In this document: positions 10,005 through 18,895 of the stretch, piece after piece
Layout: the number at the start of each line of letters is the position of its first letter
Position numbering within the stretch: the first letter of the stretch is position 1
NCBI GenBank assembly: GCA_016700315.1
Contig: CP065013.1
Location: 321,449 to 385,448, forward strand
Length of the DNA: 64,000 bases
Source of the DNA: Candidatus Saccharimonadota bacterium
GTDB lineage: Bacteria; Patescibacteriota; Saccharimonadia; Saccharimonadales; SZUA-47
Direction of reading: 5' to 3'
The notes under the pieces: generated by a model
Database searches by the model: none
What the model was told of the DNA's origin: nothing
What the model saw: only the letters and a program-made list of their open reading frames with translations
Program-made: the position numbers and the translations under genes

Positions 10005-10376
10005 TTAATTACTTTTCCAGTCGATGATTGCTTGAGCTTGTTTCTTGCTTATACCGACTATCAGACGGTTGTACTTAGTAAGGCTAGTTTCAATAACCAA
10101 GACTTTCTCTAGGCGCGGCTTAATAAAACCATGCGGCTTCTTAGCATAGATAAAATCCCAACCTTGTTCTGTCCAATATGAGCCAGCCATCAACAGCCTA
10201 GGCGCATAAGTACCAGGCATACGCACTTCCCATTTACGCCAATCCGAAAATTCCTCAACAAATTCGACAGTTTTGATGGATTTTTTCGGAACAACTACCT
10301 TGGCCTTTAACGCAGCGATTTGCTCACGCCCTTCAAGCACCAATGTTAGTACTTGATTTGTTGTATTAAAATACAT
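10005..10376 (-). CDS. hypothetical protein (123 aa)
   Basis: ORF immediately downstream of msrB on the same strand. No motif assigned. Confidence 0.5.
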   Translation of the reverse strand: MYFNTTNQVLTLVLEGREQIAALKAKVVVPKKSIKTVEFVEEFSDWRKWEVRMPGTYAPRLLMAGSYWTEQGWDFIYAKKPHGFIKPRLEKVLVIETSLTKYNRLIVGISKKQAQAIIDWKSN

Positions 10377-10377
10377 C

Positions 10378-10767
10378 TTAGCCCGCCCTCCCCTTTTTTA
10401 CAAAATCGATACCGGCCGAATTAATACAAAACCTTAGGCCGGTCGGCTGATCTGGTGCATCATTAAAAACATGGCCTTGATGCGCACCACAGCGACCACA
10501 CTTCACCTCAACTCGCTGCATGCCGTGACTTAAATCTTCCGACAAACCCAGGGCCTTGGGGTCGAGTGGCTGATAAAAACTTGGCCAGCCACAGCCAGAA
10601 TCAAATTTTGCACTCGAATCAAACAGCTTGTTGCCACAATTCGCACATGTGTATTGTCCGGATGATTTGTTGTTTAACCACTCACCGCTGAAGGGTGCCT
10701 CAGTCTCAGCTTCAAACAATACTCTCTTCTGATGATCGCTTAAGTTCGGATTAATTTGATCTGCCAT
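10378..10767 (-). CDS. msrB: peptide-methionine (R)-S-oxide reductase MsrB
   Basis: Two CxxC zinc motifs (CANCGNKLF, CGRCGAHQGHVF), GCGWPSF, and RFCINS. Confidence 0.9.
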   Translation of the reverse strand: MADQINPNLSDHQKRVLFEAETEAPFSGEWLNNKSSGQYTCANCGNKLFDSSAKFDSGCGWPSFYQPLDPKALGLSEDLSHGMQRVEVKCGRCGAHQGHVFNDAPDQPTGLRFCINSAGIDFVKKGRAG

Positions 10768-10851
10768 ACTCTAATTCTAAACTGCTTAACTGGTAAATTA
10801 AAAATCCGCTGACGGGCTCACCGTGCAACGGATTTTAAGAGTAACGGTAAT

Positions 10852-11175
10852 TTACTTATCAGACTTTTTGTCGGCTTTGGTTAGACCAGCTTTGTCGACA
10901 ATAAAGTAGACAACAAAAGCAGTTGCCAAAAGCGTAATAACAGCGTTCAAGATGTTACCCCAGCCAAAAACTAACTCTTTACCGCTCCTAGTAATGGTTG
11001 ATGAGATGCCTGATAGGTCAGTTCCGCCTAGGATTAGACCCACCAGCGGACTAATGAAGTTGTCAACGATTGACTTTACAGCGTCGCCAGCTGAAGCACC
11101 GATTGCCAAACCAACTGCTAAGCCTACTACTCCCTGCTCCCGCACAAAGTGCACAAAATTTTTTACCATACTCAT
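10852..11175 (-). CDS. mscL: large-conductance mechanosensitive channel MscL
   Basis: FVREQGVVGLAVGLAIGASAGDAVKSIVDNFISPLVG with a second TM; 107 aa. Confidence 0.85.
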   Translation of the reverse strand: MSMVKNFVHFVREQGVVGLAVGLAIGASAGDAVKSIVDNFISPLVGLILGGTDLSGISSTITRSGKELVFGWGNILNAVITLLATAFVVYFIVDKAGLTKADKKSDK

Positions 11176-11226
11176 ATACTAACCTCCCTTATGTTTATGC
11201 TCAAAATTATATGGTTAGAAAAATTA

Positions 11227-12426
11227 TTATGCAAGTAGTCTTTTGGCAGCGATCATCAAAGCCGCCTCTTTGAGCGAGGCTTTTTGAGATTGGCTTTCGG
11301 CAAAAATCTCTTGAGTAGCGTTTATCATATAGTCTTTTAGCTGTTTATTGACTTTGGGCTCGGCCCATTTTTGGCTCCTTAGGTTCTGTAGCCATTCAAG
11401 ATAACTCACTGTTACGCCACCAGCGTTAGCTAAAATATCCGGAACAACAACTACACCTTTCTTGGTCAGAAGCTCATAAGCCCCCTCACTCACCGGCGCA
11501 TTAGCAAGTTCTAAAATGTACTTTGCTTTAACCGTTGAATAGTTATGCTCATCGACTGCATCACCCAGTGCTGCCAGTACCAGCACATCGACTTCAGCCG
11601 ATATTACATCTTCTACGTCACTGACTTCTGCCATTGAGTAATCTCTGAAGCTGCCCCGTTCCTGCTTGAAAGCAACTAAATCACTTACTGCTAAGCCATC
11701 GGGATCGCTCAAGGTAGCACTAGAATCACTTGCTGAAACTATTTTCCATTCAGGGTGATCTGTCGCAGCAACAAGGGCAAAAAACGAGCCAACATTGCCA
11801 AAACCCTGCACCGCGAAAGTAAGCGGTTTGCCCGCCTCACCAGCCAACCGAAGTAGTTCCGCCATAACTATTACCCCGCCGCGTCCTGTTGCTGCATCAC
11901 GGCCCTCACTACCGCCTTTGGCTAAACTCTTGCCAGTAAATGTAGCATTTGAGGTGTCGCCAGTTATCGCCGCATACTCGTCGGCCATCCAATCGATGAT
12001 TTTTGGGTTAGTATTGACGTCAGGAGCCGGAACATCGACCTCTGGACCTATGTGTGGTGCGAGTTTACGAGCATAGTCTCGGGCAACATCCTCAAGCTCT
12101 TCGTCGCTCAATTCTCGCGGGTTTACACTAACCCCGCCCTTACCGCCTCCTAGCGGTAGCCCGATGGCTGCTGTCTTAAAACTCATCAAAGTTGCTAATG
12201 CCTGAACTTCTTCTTTGTTTACCTCTGGATGAAAACGTATGCCGCCCTTGAAGGGGCCGCGCTTGTTATTGTGCTGAACCCTATAGGCCTTAAACTTTTT
12301 GCCGCTTTTGGTGCCTACTTCGAACTCATGAACCTTTGAAACTGCCAGTAGCTCATTGACTTTTTCTTCTGCCAGACTAAGTTTGGCTCCAACAGTACGA
12401 ATCATTTTTTGAGTGGAAAGCAGCAT
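11227..12426 (-). CDS. Glu/Leu/Phe/Val dehydrogenase family protein (probable glutamate dehydrogenase)
   Basis: KGGIRFHPEVNKEEVQALATLMSFKTAAIGLPLGGGKGG and the Rossmann motif VQGFGNVG. Confidence 0.9.
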   Translation of the reverse strand: MLLSTQKMIRTVGAKLSLAEEKVNELLAVSKVHEFEVGTKSGKKFKAYRVQHNNKRGPFKGGIRFHPEVNKEEVQALATLMSFKTAAIGLPLGGGKGGVSVNPRELSDEELEDVARDYARKLAPHIGPEVDVPAPDVNTNPKIIDWMADEYAAITGDTSNATFTGKSLAKGGSEGRDAATGRGGVIVMAELLRLAGEAGKPLTFAVQGFGNVGSFFALVAATDHPEWKIVSASDSSATLSDPDGLAVSDLVAFKQERGSFRDYSMAEVSDVEDVISAEVDVLVLAALGDAVDEHNYSTVKAKYILELANAPVSEGAYELLTKKGVVVVPDILANAGGVTVSYLEWLQNLRSQKWAEPKVNKQLKDYMINATQEIFAESQSQKASLKEAALMIAAKRLLA

Positions 12427-12465
12427 GCAAATTTCTCCGTTTAATTCTGCTGTTATTGTACGACT

Positions 12466-13977
12466 TTAGTTGGGCTCAGACTGTTGTGTTTTAGACGCTA
12501 GAAAATCATCGGCACGATAGCCAATTATTCGTTTTTTATCCTGGCTCATGCGCTCATTGGCTCGCACCACTACCCGCATATTGGGGTTTTGCATCAGTTG
12601 CTCTTGGTGTTTGTCGATAAATCTTGAGATCAGGCCATCCCAAATGTCGCACCAATCGCCGGCTTCGAAATGACTGCGCGCCAGAATCTGAGGGCTACTA
12701 ACTAGCGGGATTAGCTTGGCCAGCCGACCACCGTCGACACACTGGCTAAAACCATAGACTGTCGGCACTGTCGTCCAATCGTAGCTGTCAATCAGCATTT
12801 CACTAAACCACTGATAGACACGCCTTGGATCAATTTCGCTTACTAACATCGCTACACCTGCAAGATCGCGACGCTCAGCAGCATGAATGTAAGCTCTGTT
12901 ATAGAGTTTTCTGATTAGATCGTCTATGGGTGCTAAACCGGTTGTAGCCGCATACCAATCATTAGTTAAGTCACGGTTATTTTCGAAAACATTGCTAGTC
13001 CTCAAAGTCGTATGCATCGATTCATACAAACCACGCTGGTACTCGCGCCACCCCAGAATCTCTCGGATAAATAATTCTAAGCTAGCTAGCGGTAGCGTAG
13101 ACTGTTCGTGACGATCGATAGCGGCCTTAATAACCTCATTAGGAGTCAAAAGCCCAACGTTTAACATTGGTGAAAGTGCAGCATGAAACAGCCAAGGAGC
13201 CTCTGGCTCCAAAGCTTCGTCATAGCGGCCATAATCTTCAAGTCTGCCTTCAATAAAACTTTTGAGCCAGCCCCTAGCCTCTTCGTGGTTTGTTGGCCAT
13301 GCAAAGTCTGCGGTAGAACCGTAATGTCGGTCAAAATGATCATTAACATAACTAACCGCCTCCCGCACGTAGTCATTGTCGCCGTAAACCGAAAAAGTTG
13401 GCAAACTAAGATTATCAGGTAGACGCTTGCCGCCTTCGAACTCGTGCATCAATTTGCCGCCAACTGGTTTGTAGGCCTTAGTCATCAGCACATTGAAGCG
13501 CTCGCGTTGCCATTGGTAAAATTCAGCAAACTCCGGGGCTTCACCTGCCTGAAATTTGGCCTGAACCTCACTTAGGCTTAAATAAAACATAGGTGTTTGA
13601 AGCCAATCAACTTTTTTGCGCCTCTCGTTTGCACCCGCATTAATTCGTCGCCTTAGTGCGTCGTCGACCACATCAAAAACCATCAAGGTATCAGCTTCTT
13701 CGGCTCGCTCCAGCGCTCCTTCGCTACGTAATAGCCCACCGCACTCAACATACTCGACCTGATACCCTGCCGGCCACAGAACTTCCTGAGCATAACGGCG
13801 CATGCTCGCACGATGTAAGATCAATTTTTGTTTATGAAAATAGGTTTTGTACTGCTCATCATTGCCAAAAAATAATGGATCTTCGATCAAAAGCACCTTA
13901 TCGACGTCGTTCGGTAAATATTCGGCCGCAAACAACTGATGCGGATAAATCAAAAGCACCTTGCTCATTAATACCAC
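12466..13977 (-). CDS. cryptochrome/photolyase-family protein (deoxyribodipyrimidine photolyase-related, COG3046 type)
   Basis: N-terminal LLIYPHQLF...LLIEDPLFFG...FHKQKLILHRASMRRYA pattern; 503 aa. Confidence 0.7.
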   Translation of the reverse strand: MVLMSKVLLIYPHQLFAAEYLPNDVDKVLLIEDPLFFGNDEQYKTYFHKQKLILHRASMRRYAQEVLWPAGYQVEYVECGGLLRSEGALERAEEADTLMVFDVVDDALRRRINAGANERRKKVDWLQTPMFYLSLSEVQAKFQAGEAPEFAEFYQWQRERFNVLMTKAYKPVGGKLMHEFEGGKRLPDNLSLPTFSVYGDNDYVREAVSYVNDHFDRHYGSTADFAWPTNHEEARGWLKSFIEGRLEDYGRYDEALEPEAPWLFHAALSPMLNVGLLTPNEVIKAAIDRHEQSTLPLASLELFIREILGWREYQRGLYESMHTTLRTSNVFENNRDLTNDWYAATTGLAPIDDLIRKLYNRAYIHAAERRDLAGVAMLVSEIDPRRVYQWFSEMLIDSYDWTTVPTVYGFSQCVDGGRLAKLIPLVSSPQILARSHFEAGDWCDIWDGLISRFIDKHQEQLMQNPNMRVVVRANERMSQDKKRIIGYRADDFLASKTQQSEPN

Positions 13978-13999
13978 CCTTCTTTCTGTAGTAATTGTG

Positions 14000-15670
14000 T
14001 CACATTTTTTCGGGAGCGTGAATACCTAAAAGGTCTAGCCCAGCTTTTAGGGTGTCAGCATATCTGCCGACTAGCCAAAGCCTGAGTTCCTCTCGATCAT
14101 CTGAGCCAATAACTCGGTTTTGCTCGTAAAAACGGTTAAATTCTTGCGCTAATTCGTAAAGGTAAGTACAGATATAATGAGGCATAAGCTCGCGAGTTGA
14201 CAGCTCAACTACCTCAGAAAATTCGCCGATTTTTCTGACTAATAGTCTTTCGCCCGGCTGAAGCTTAGAGTTGATAGTTGATAGTTGATAGTTGATAGTT
14301 GATTTGCTTAGGATGCTGCGCGCCCGAGCGTGAGCATATTGGAGATAAGGGCCAGAGTTACCCTCTGTCGCCACCGACTCTAGCGGGTCATAAACAATAT
14401 CGCCGCCGATTCGGCTCTTTGAAAAAGCATACTTAACGGCCGCCAAGACTGTCGACTCATCTGCTTCGGGGCTCGCTTGTCGAGCCGACTGAAGTATGTC
14501 GATGGCACCGACAATATTGCCTTTTCTTGAACTCATTTTTACACCACCCTGTAGCTTCACAACACCGTGAGTCAGATGCAGGGTTCTGCTGGCCGGTTCT
14601 GGGGCAAACTGCTCTATGCTTTTTATGACAACCTGCATGTACTGTGCTTGTTCATTAGCAGTTATGATGATCGATTTATCGAAGTGGTAATCCTGCCACT
14701 TTGTCAGGCTTAGACCAACGTCTTTGGCCTCATAGGTTGGCAAACCTTCTGAGTTGATGAAAACTCGGTTGTGAAGGCCAAACTTTTCTCCTTCAAATAT
14801 CACCGCACCGCCACTTTGCGCATAAACACCCTTTGCCAGCTGCTCTTTGACCGTAGTTAGCCCGAGCGGAGTTACTTCGCTTTCAGGTATAAATCTATCA
14901 AATGCTGAAACTTCTAGCTGCTTGTAAAGTTCCTTGAAATACTCGTAGCTCCATTCGCGACAAAGCCAATAGACCTTAGCGAAATCGGATTCATGATCAC
15001 CCGTTTCGTGAACTGAGTAGATAGCCTTATTGGCTTCGACGATTGCTACTCGAGCCGATTCATCGTCCTCATAAGCATTGTTGCCTTCAACATAGCGCTC
15101 ACCTAGCCATTTTGGTCTTTCAGACCCATCAACTTCGTCAAGTTTGGCTGGTTGGCCGTCAAGCCACCGCATTATCGCCCACATACTCTTGGCTGCGTGC
15201 AGTCCTACATCACCACCGAAGTTAAGCCGAACTACTTCGGCTCCAGCGTACTCAACCATTCTGGCAATAACGTCGCCAACCAAAGTTGTGTACAGATGCC
15301 CGGCATGCAGCGGTTTAAACGGGTTGGGGTCAGAGTACTCAACCAGAACTTTTTGGCCACTATAGGTTTTTACTGCCGAAGCTTTTGTAAGTTCGATAAG
15401 TGCCGCGTCGGTAAGTTTGATATTGATAAATCCTGGCCCCGCTACTTCGGCGCTTAGAATGTCACCGCCAACAAGCTGCTCGCAAATTGACTCAGCGATG
15501 GCTCTAGGGCCGCCTGCAGGCGGGTTTTCTAATTTGCCAGCTAGCTGCAAAGCAACGTTTGTTGAGAAATCACCAAACTTAGCCTCTGGCCTCGTCAAAA
15601 CCACCTCCAAGTCGAAGCCGAACTGGGCCGACACCAACTCCCCAACTTTACTTCTCAAATTCTCAAACAT
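14000..15670 (-). CDS. argS: arginine--tRNA ligase
   Basis: PNPFKPLHAGHL (HIGH), MSSRKG (KMSK-like), and the C-terminal DALR anticodon-binding region. Contains a heptamer-array-encoded insert STINYQLSTINSK. Confidence 0.95.
   Translation of the reverse strand: MFENLRSKVGELVSAQFGFDLEVVLTRPEAKFGDFSTNVALQLAGKLENPPAGGPRAIAESICEQLVGGDILSAEVAGPGFINIKLTDAALIELTKASAVKTYSGQKVLVEYSDPNPFKPLHAGHLYTTLVGDVIARMVEYAGAEVVRLNFGGDVGLHAAKSMWAIMRWLDGQPAKLDEVDGSERPKWLGERYVEGNNAYEDDESARVAIVEANKAIYSVHETGDHESDFAKVYWLCREWSYEYFKELYKQLEVSAFDRFIPESEVTPLGLTTVKEQLAKGVYAQSGGAVIFEGEKFGLHNRVFINSEGLPTYEAKDVGLSLTKWQDYHFDKSIIITANEQAQYMQVVIKSIEQFAPEPASRTLHLTHGVVKLQGGVKMSSRKGNIVGAIDILQSARQASPEADESTVLAAVKYAFSKSRIGGDIVYDPLESVATEGNSGPYLQYAHARARSILSKSTINYQLSTINSKLQPGERLLVRKIGEFSEVVELSTRELMPHYICTYLYELAQEFNRFYEQNRVIGSDDREELRLWLVGRYADTLKAGLDLLGIHAPEKM
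14270..14304. repeat. heptanucleotide tandem array (GTTGATA)x4 plus GTTGATT inside the argS coding sequence
   Basis: gttgatagttgatagttgatagttgatagttgatt was read directly. The reverse-complement unit TATCAAC also occurs in the 6881-7146 island (aactatcaactatcaac). Confidence 0.85.
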
Positions 15671-15717
15671 ATCTAACAGTATACAGCTTAGTGACTACTG
15701 TTAATAGGCTCTCTTAC

Positions 15718-16152
15718 TTAGGCGCCGAGTGGTTGGAGGTTCTGCGAACTGACAATCAGTTTCATCTGAGCGATTTTCCAACGTCCGGCAACTTTTTTGA
15801 AGGTATAGTGGTAAACCCCCTTCATCTGTAAGACGTAGCGTTTGCCGCCGCGGGCTGTGTAATAGCGCGCACTCATGTCACTTTCGGCAATGACTTCTTT
15901 GCGGCCACTTCTCTCAACGCGTATAGCGCCTAATTGATGTTTGGCGCCATAGTACAAATCACGGATCAGCCTTCGCCAGCCGCTCATCATATTCTCAATA
16001 CTACGCATGCTTGGAGCTTCGTGTGTCAGTGCTTCATCGTCGATAAAAGTTTTCTCAGTGAAGTATTGCTCTAACTTCTGCCACTGACCCTGATCTCGAT
16101 ACTCAGTGACCTGTTCGATAAGGTCTTGAATGTGCCTTGCGATCCTGCTCAT
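15718..16152 (-). CDS. SnoaL-like / NTF2-fold protein
   Basis: 144 aa; the pattern resembles NTF2-like small proteins. Weak assignment. Confidence 0.4.
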   Translation of the reverse strand: MSRIARHIQDLIEQVTEYRDQGQWQKLEQYFTEKTFIDDEALTHEAPSMRSIENMMSGWRRLIRDLYYGAKHQLGAIRVERSGRKEVIAESDMSARYYTARGGKRYVLQMKGVYHYTFKKVAGRWKIAQMKLIVSSQNLQPLGA

Positions 16153-16233
16153 ATACTCCTCCTTGTATTCATATTATACTCTAGCTTACTGACATGATTG
16201 TTAGACTGATCACATTTGCTATGCTGATAACAG

Positions 16234-16674
16234 ATGAAAATATTTTACACTTCAAACAAATTGGACAAATCATATGAAGATTTAATCCTAAATTACACCA
16301 AACGGCTTAAAAACAGCTTGGAGCTAGTTCGACTCAAACCCCAACAACAGTTGCCGGAACCAGAAGCCCGCACTAGGGAGTCCCAAGAAGTTATCAAACG
16401 CCTCCCGCCAGATCAAACTGTGGTTGTGTTAGACGAAAATGGTCTAGGTCTTAGCTCGATCGAGTTTGCAAAACTAATATTTAAACTCCCCAAAACTACA
16501 AACTTCGTTATCGGAGGTAGTTACGGAGTGTCCAAAAATTTGATCGATAATGCAACTTACGTTTTACGCTTAAGTGATTTGGTAATGCCGCACCAACTAG
16601 CCTTACTTGTACTAATTGAGCAGCTCTACCGTGCACAAGCCATCAGCACTGGCCACCCTTATCACCATGCTTAA
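16234..16674 (+). CDS. rlmH: 23S rRNA (pseudouridine1915-N3)-methyltransferase RlmH (SPOUT)
   Basis: VVLDENG...FVIGGSYGVS...LSDLVMPHQLALLVLIEQLYRAQAISTGHPYH, the typical C-terminal knot. Confidence 0.85.
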   Translation: MKIFYTSNKLDKSYEDLILNYTKRLKNSLELVRLKPQQQLPEPEARTRESQEVIKRLPPDQTVVVLDENGLGLSSIEFAKLIFKLPKTTNFVIGGSYGVSKNLIDNATYVLRLSDLVMPHQLALLVLIEQLYRAQAISTGHPYHHA

Positions 16675-16731
16675 AGAGCCATGCCTGATTGATAGGACGC
16701 ATTTTGCCCCTTGTTAGCCTAGCGATGAAAA

Positions 16732-17376
16732 TTACTGCGGTAGAATTTCACGAACTACTGGTAGTAAATCTTTGGCGTCGTCGATCAAAATTGTTGGAGC
16801 AGCCGGCTCTAAGCTCTCCCTACCCCCAACCCCCCAGCTGACGCCGATGGATTTTAATCCGGCTTTGTGTGCAGCCTGTATGTCTCTCGGCTCATCGCCA
16901 ACATAAACTGTCTGCGCCTTATCTAGGTGGTGTCTTTTAACAATCTTGTTCAGGGCCCGATCTTTGCCAAATATTGCTCGTTCGTGGACTATAAAGTCAA
17001 ATTCAGGAAAACCGTGACTCTCCAAAAAAGCAGTAACAAGATTCTGGTCGTTGGAAGTTAGCACTCCCAAGCCGTAGCCTTCAGACTTGAGACTCAGTAA
17101 AGACTCTATGACAGAATCATACGGCTCTACCTCTCCCATACGCTGTTTAAGCAGTTTAGGCATAGCCGGCAGCATCCTAGCTAGGGTAAAAACAGATACG
17201 CCTTTAAATTTCATGACTTTTTTGTAGCCAAGTTTTCTTAGACTAGGGATCTCATTTTTGTCCAACGGTTTGGTTTTGAATCGAGGAGCTAAATCGTTAT
17301 TGTAAATATCAAGCGCGACACCAATCGTGTCAGCAAGCGTGCCATCAAAATCAAAGATCACGTGCTTGTCACTCAT
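16732..17376 (-). CDS. HAD-family hydrolase (phosphatase)
   Basis: Motif I VIFDFDGTLADT, motif II LGVLTSN, and motif IV VYVGDEPRDIQAA. Confidence 0.75.
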   Translation of the reverse strand: MSDKHVIFDFDGTLADTIGVALDIYNNDLAPRFKTKPLDKNEIPSLRKLGYKKVMKFKGVSVFTLARMLPAMPKLLKQRMGEVEPYDSVIESLLSLKSEGYGLGVLTSNDQNLVTAFLESHGFPEFDFIVHERAIFGKDRALNKIVKRHHLDKAQTVYVGDEPRDIQAAHKAGLKSIGVSWGVGGRESLEPAAPTILIDDAKDLLPVVREILPQ

Positions 17377-17427
17377 CTAGTAAACTCTCTACCTTCATTC
17401 TATTATTGTAACGCTTTCTGCATTATA

Positions 17428-17457
17428 TTGACGCATTTAAATATATAAATGTATAAT
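17428..17457 (+). promoter_or_regulatory. near-consensus sigma-70 promoter with an embedded inverted repeat (candidate ArsR operator)
   Basis: TTGACG (17428-17433), an 18-nt spacer catttaaatatataaatg (CATTTA-n6-TAAATG inverted repeat), then TATAAT (17452-17457). ATG at 17464 lies 6 nt after the -10 box. Confidence 0.5.
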
Positions 17458-17463
17458 CTGTTT

Positions 17464-17745
17464 ATGGCCGACCAGGATTTAATCAAGATTTTCAAAGCAC
17501 TCAGCGATGAAACTAGGCTAGACATCGTTCGTAAAATCGCCGAGCAATCCTGCGCTAGCAGTTGTGGCTCGATTAGTAGCTGCTCTTCTCTTAGCCAGCC
17601 AGCGATGAGCCATCACTTCAAAAAGCTCGTTGACGCCGGAATTTTGCTCGAAAAAAAATCGGGTATTGAAAAATTTTACGAGCTAAACCACCAACTTTTG
17701 GATTCTATAGGAATTAACGTGAATAAAATCAAGGAGATAAAATGA
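17464..17745 (+). CDS. ArsR/SmtB-family transcriptional regulator
   Basis: IFKALSDETRLDIVRKI...LSQPAMSHHFKKLVDAGIL. The track start 17449 would place the TATAAT box inside the ORF, so the ATG at 17464 is preferred. Confidence 0.75.
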   Translation: MADQDLIKIFKALSDETRLDIVRKIAEQSCASSCGSISSCSSLSQPAMSHHFKKLVDAGILLEKKSGIEKFYELNHQLLDSIGINVNKIKEIK

Positions 17746-18263
17746 GCAAAATATTAGTCTTAGTAGGCAGCGCACGTCAAATGCGAGCGGCCGATAAAGT
17801 TTTAGAGATTGTGAAAAACGAAGCTGTAAAATTGGGTCACGATATATCGGTAGCCGACCAGAAAGAGCTTCAACTACCAATTTTTGATGAGGGATTCAGC
17901 CCTAGCCAACCAGAGTTCGCACCAACGCACGAAGGAGTAGTTAAGCTAACTAGCGAAGTTGGCAGTGCTGATGCTGTTTTAGTCCTAACTCCCGAGTACA
18001 ACCACGGCACTCCAGCAGCCTTAAAGAACATGATCGACTGGGTTTACAAGCAGTGGGAAGGCAAAAAAGTCGGATTTGTTGGTTACGGTTGGGGCGGCGC
18101 TCCGTTTTCACGCAAGCACCTACACGACGTTTTTGCTCAAATTAAATCTGAGGTTGTTACCCCAGAGGCAGAGTTAATTTTCATGCAAAACCTCAATGTA
18201 GACGGTTCAGCCGCCAGCGATGAAGCAAACTCACAAGTTTCAGCAGTTTTAGCTGCGCTTTAA
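17742..18263 (+). CDS. NAD(P)H-dependent FMN reductase-like oxidoreductase
   Basis: ILVLVGSAR...LVLTPEYNHGTPAALKNMIDW. The start overlaps the arsR stop (ATGA). Confidence 0.7.
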   Translation: MSKILVLVGSARQMRAADKVLEIVKNEAVKLGHDISVADQKELQLPIFDEGFSPSQPEFAPTHEGVVKLTSEVGSADAVLVLTPEYNHGTPAALKNMIDWVYKQWEGKKVGFVGYGWGGAPFSRKHLHDVFAQIKSEVVTPEAELIFMQNLNVDGSAASDEANSQVSAVLAAL

Positions 18264-18895
18264 AACTCTGCTGTTTCGCCTGGTGCTAGTGCCGCCATTT
18301 CGCTGCTGACTTCTTCGCAAGCTACCTTTAACCAGCCATAGGTGAAATCAAGACCCCAATCATTCAAAAGACCGTTGTGCATTGGCACGACGGTTTTTGC
18401 TTTAACAGCCTTAATAAACTCCATAGCCTCGGCAGTTTTGAGCCATGGTGCATGTGTCGGCACACCAAGAACTTCTACACTCGCCTCAGGCGGCACAAGA
18501 GAATCACCTGGATAGTAAAACTTATCATTAACCATCAGACCAGTGTTTGCACACGGTACTTTTTGGTAAATAACAGCGTGATCCTGACCAAAAACTTTTA
18601 TGTTAAAGCCAGCGATGTCATACTTGTCGCCAGCTCTTACTACCTGTTTCTTTGCCCCACTTTCATTAAGCTCACTCAAAACTTCTTCACTACCAAGAAT
18701 TACTAGATCAGGGTTCTGGTTATGAATTCTGGCGATATTTTCGGGACTCAGGTGGTCGACGTGAGTATGAGTAACAAACACTGCAACTACCTTGTCTATA
18801 GCTGGTAGCTTACTGAGTACGCCGGGATCAATAACTAGTCTTTGATCGTCCTCTTCCAAAACCACGCAAGAATGTTCATATTTTGTAAGCTTCAT
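18260..18895 (-). CDS. MBL-fold metallo-hydrolase
   Basis: THTHVDH metal-binding motif; 211 aa. Confidence 0.7.
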   Translation of the reverse strand: MKLTKYEHSCVVLEEDDQRLVIDPGVLSKLPAIDKVVAVFVTHTHVDHLSPENIARIHNQNPDLVILGSEEVLSELNESGAKKQVVRAGDKYDIAGFNIKVFGQDHAVIYQKVPCANTGLMVNDKFYYPGDSLVPPEASVEVLGVPTHAPWLKTAEAMEFIKAVKAKTVVPMHNGLLNDWGLDFTYGWLKVACEEVSSEMAALAPGETAEF

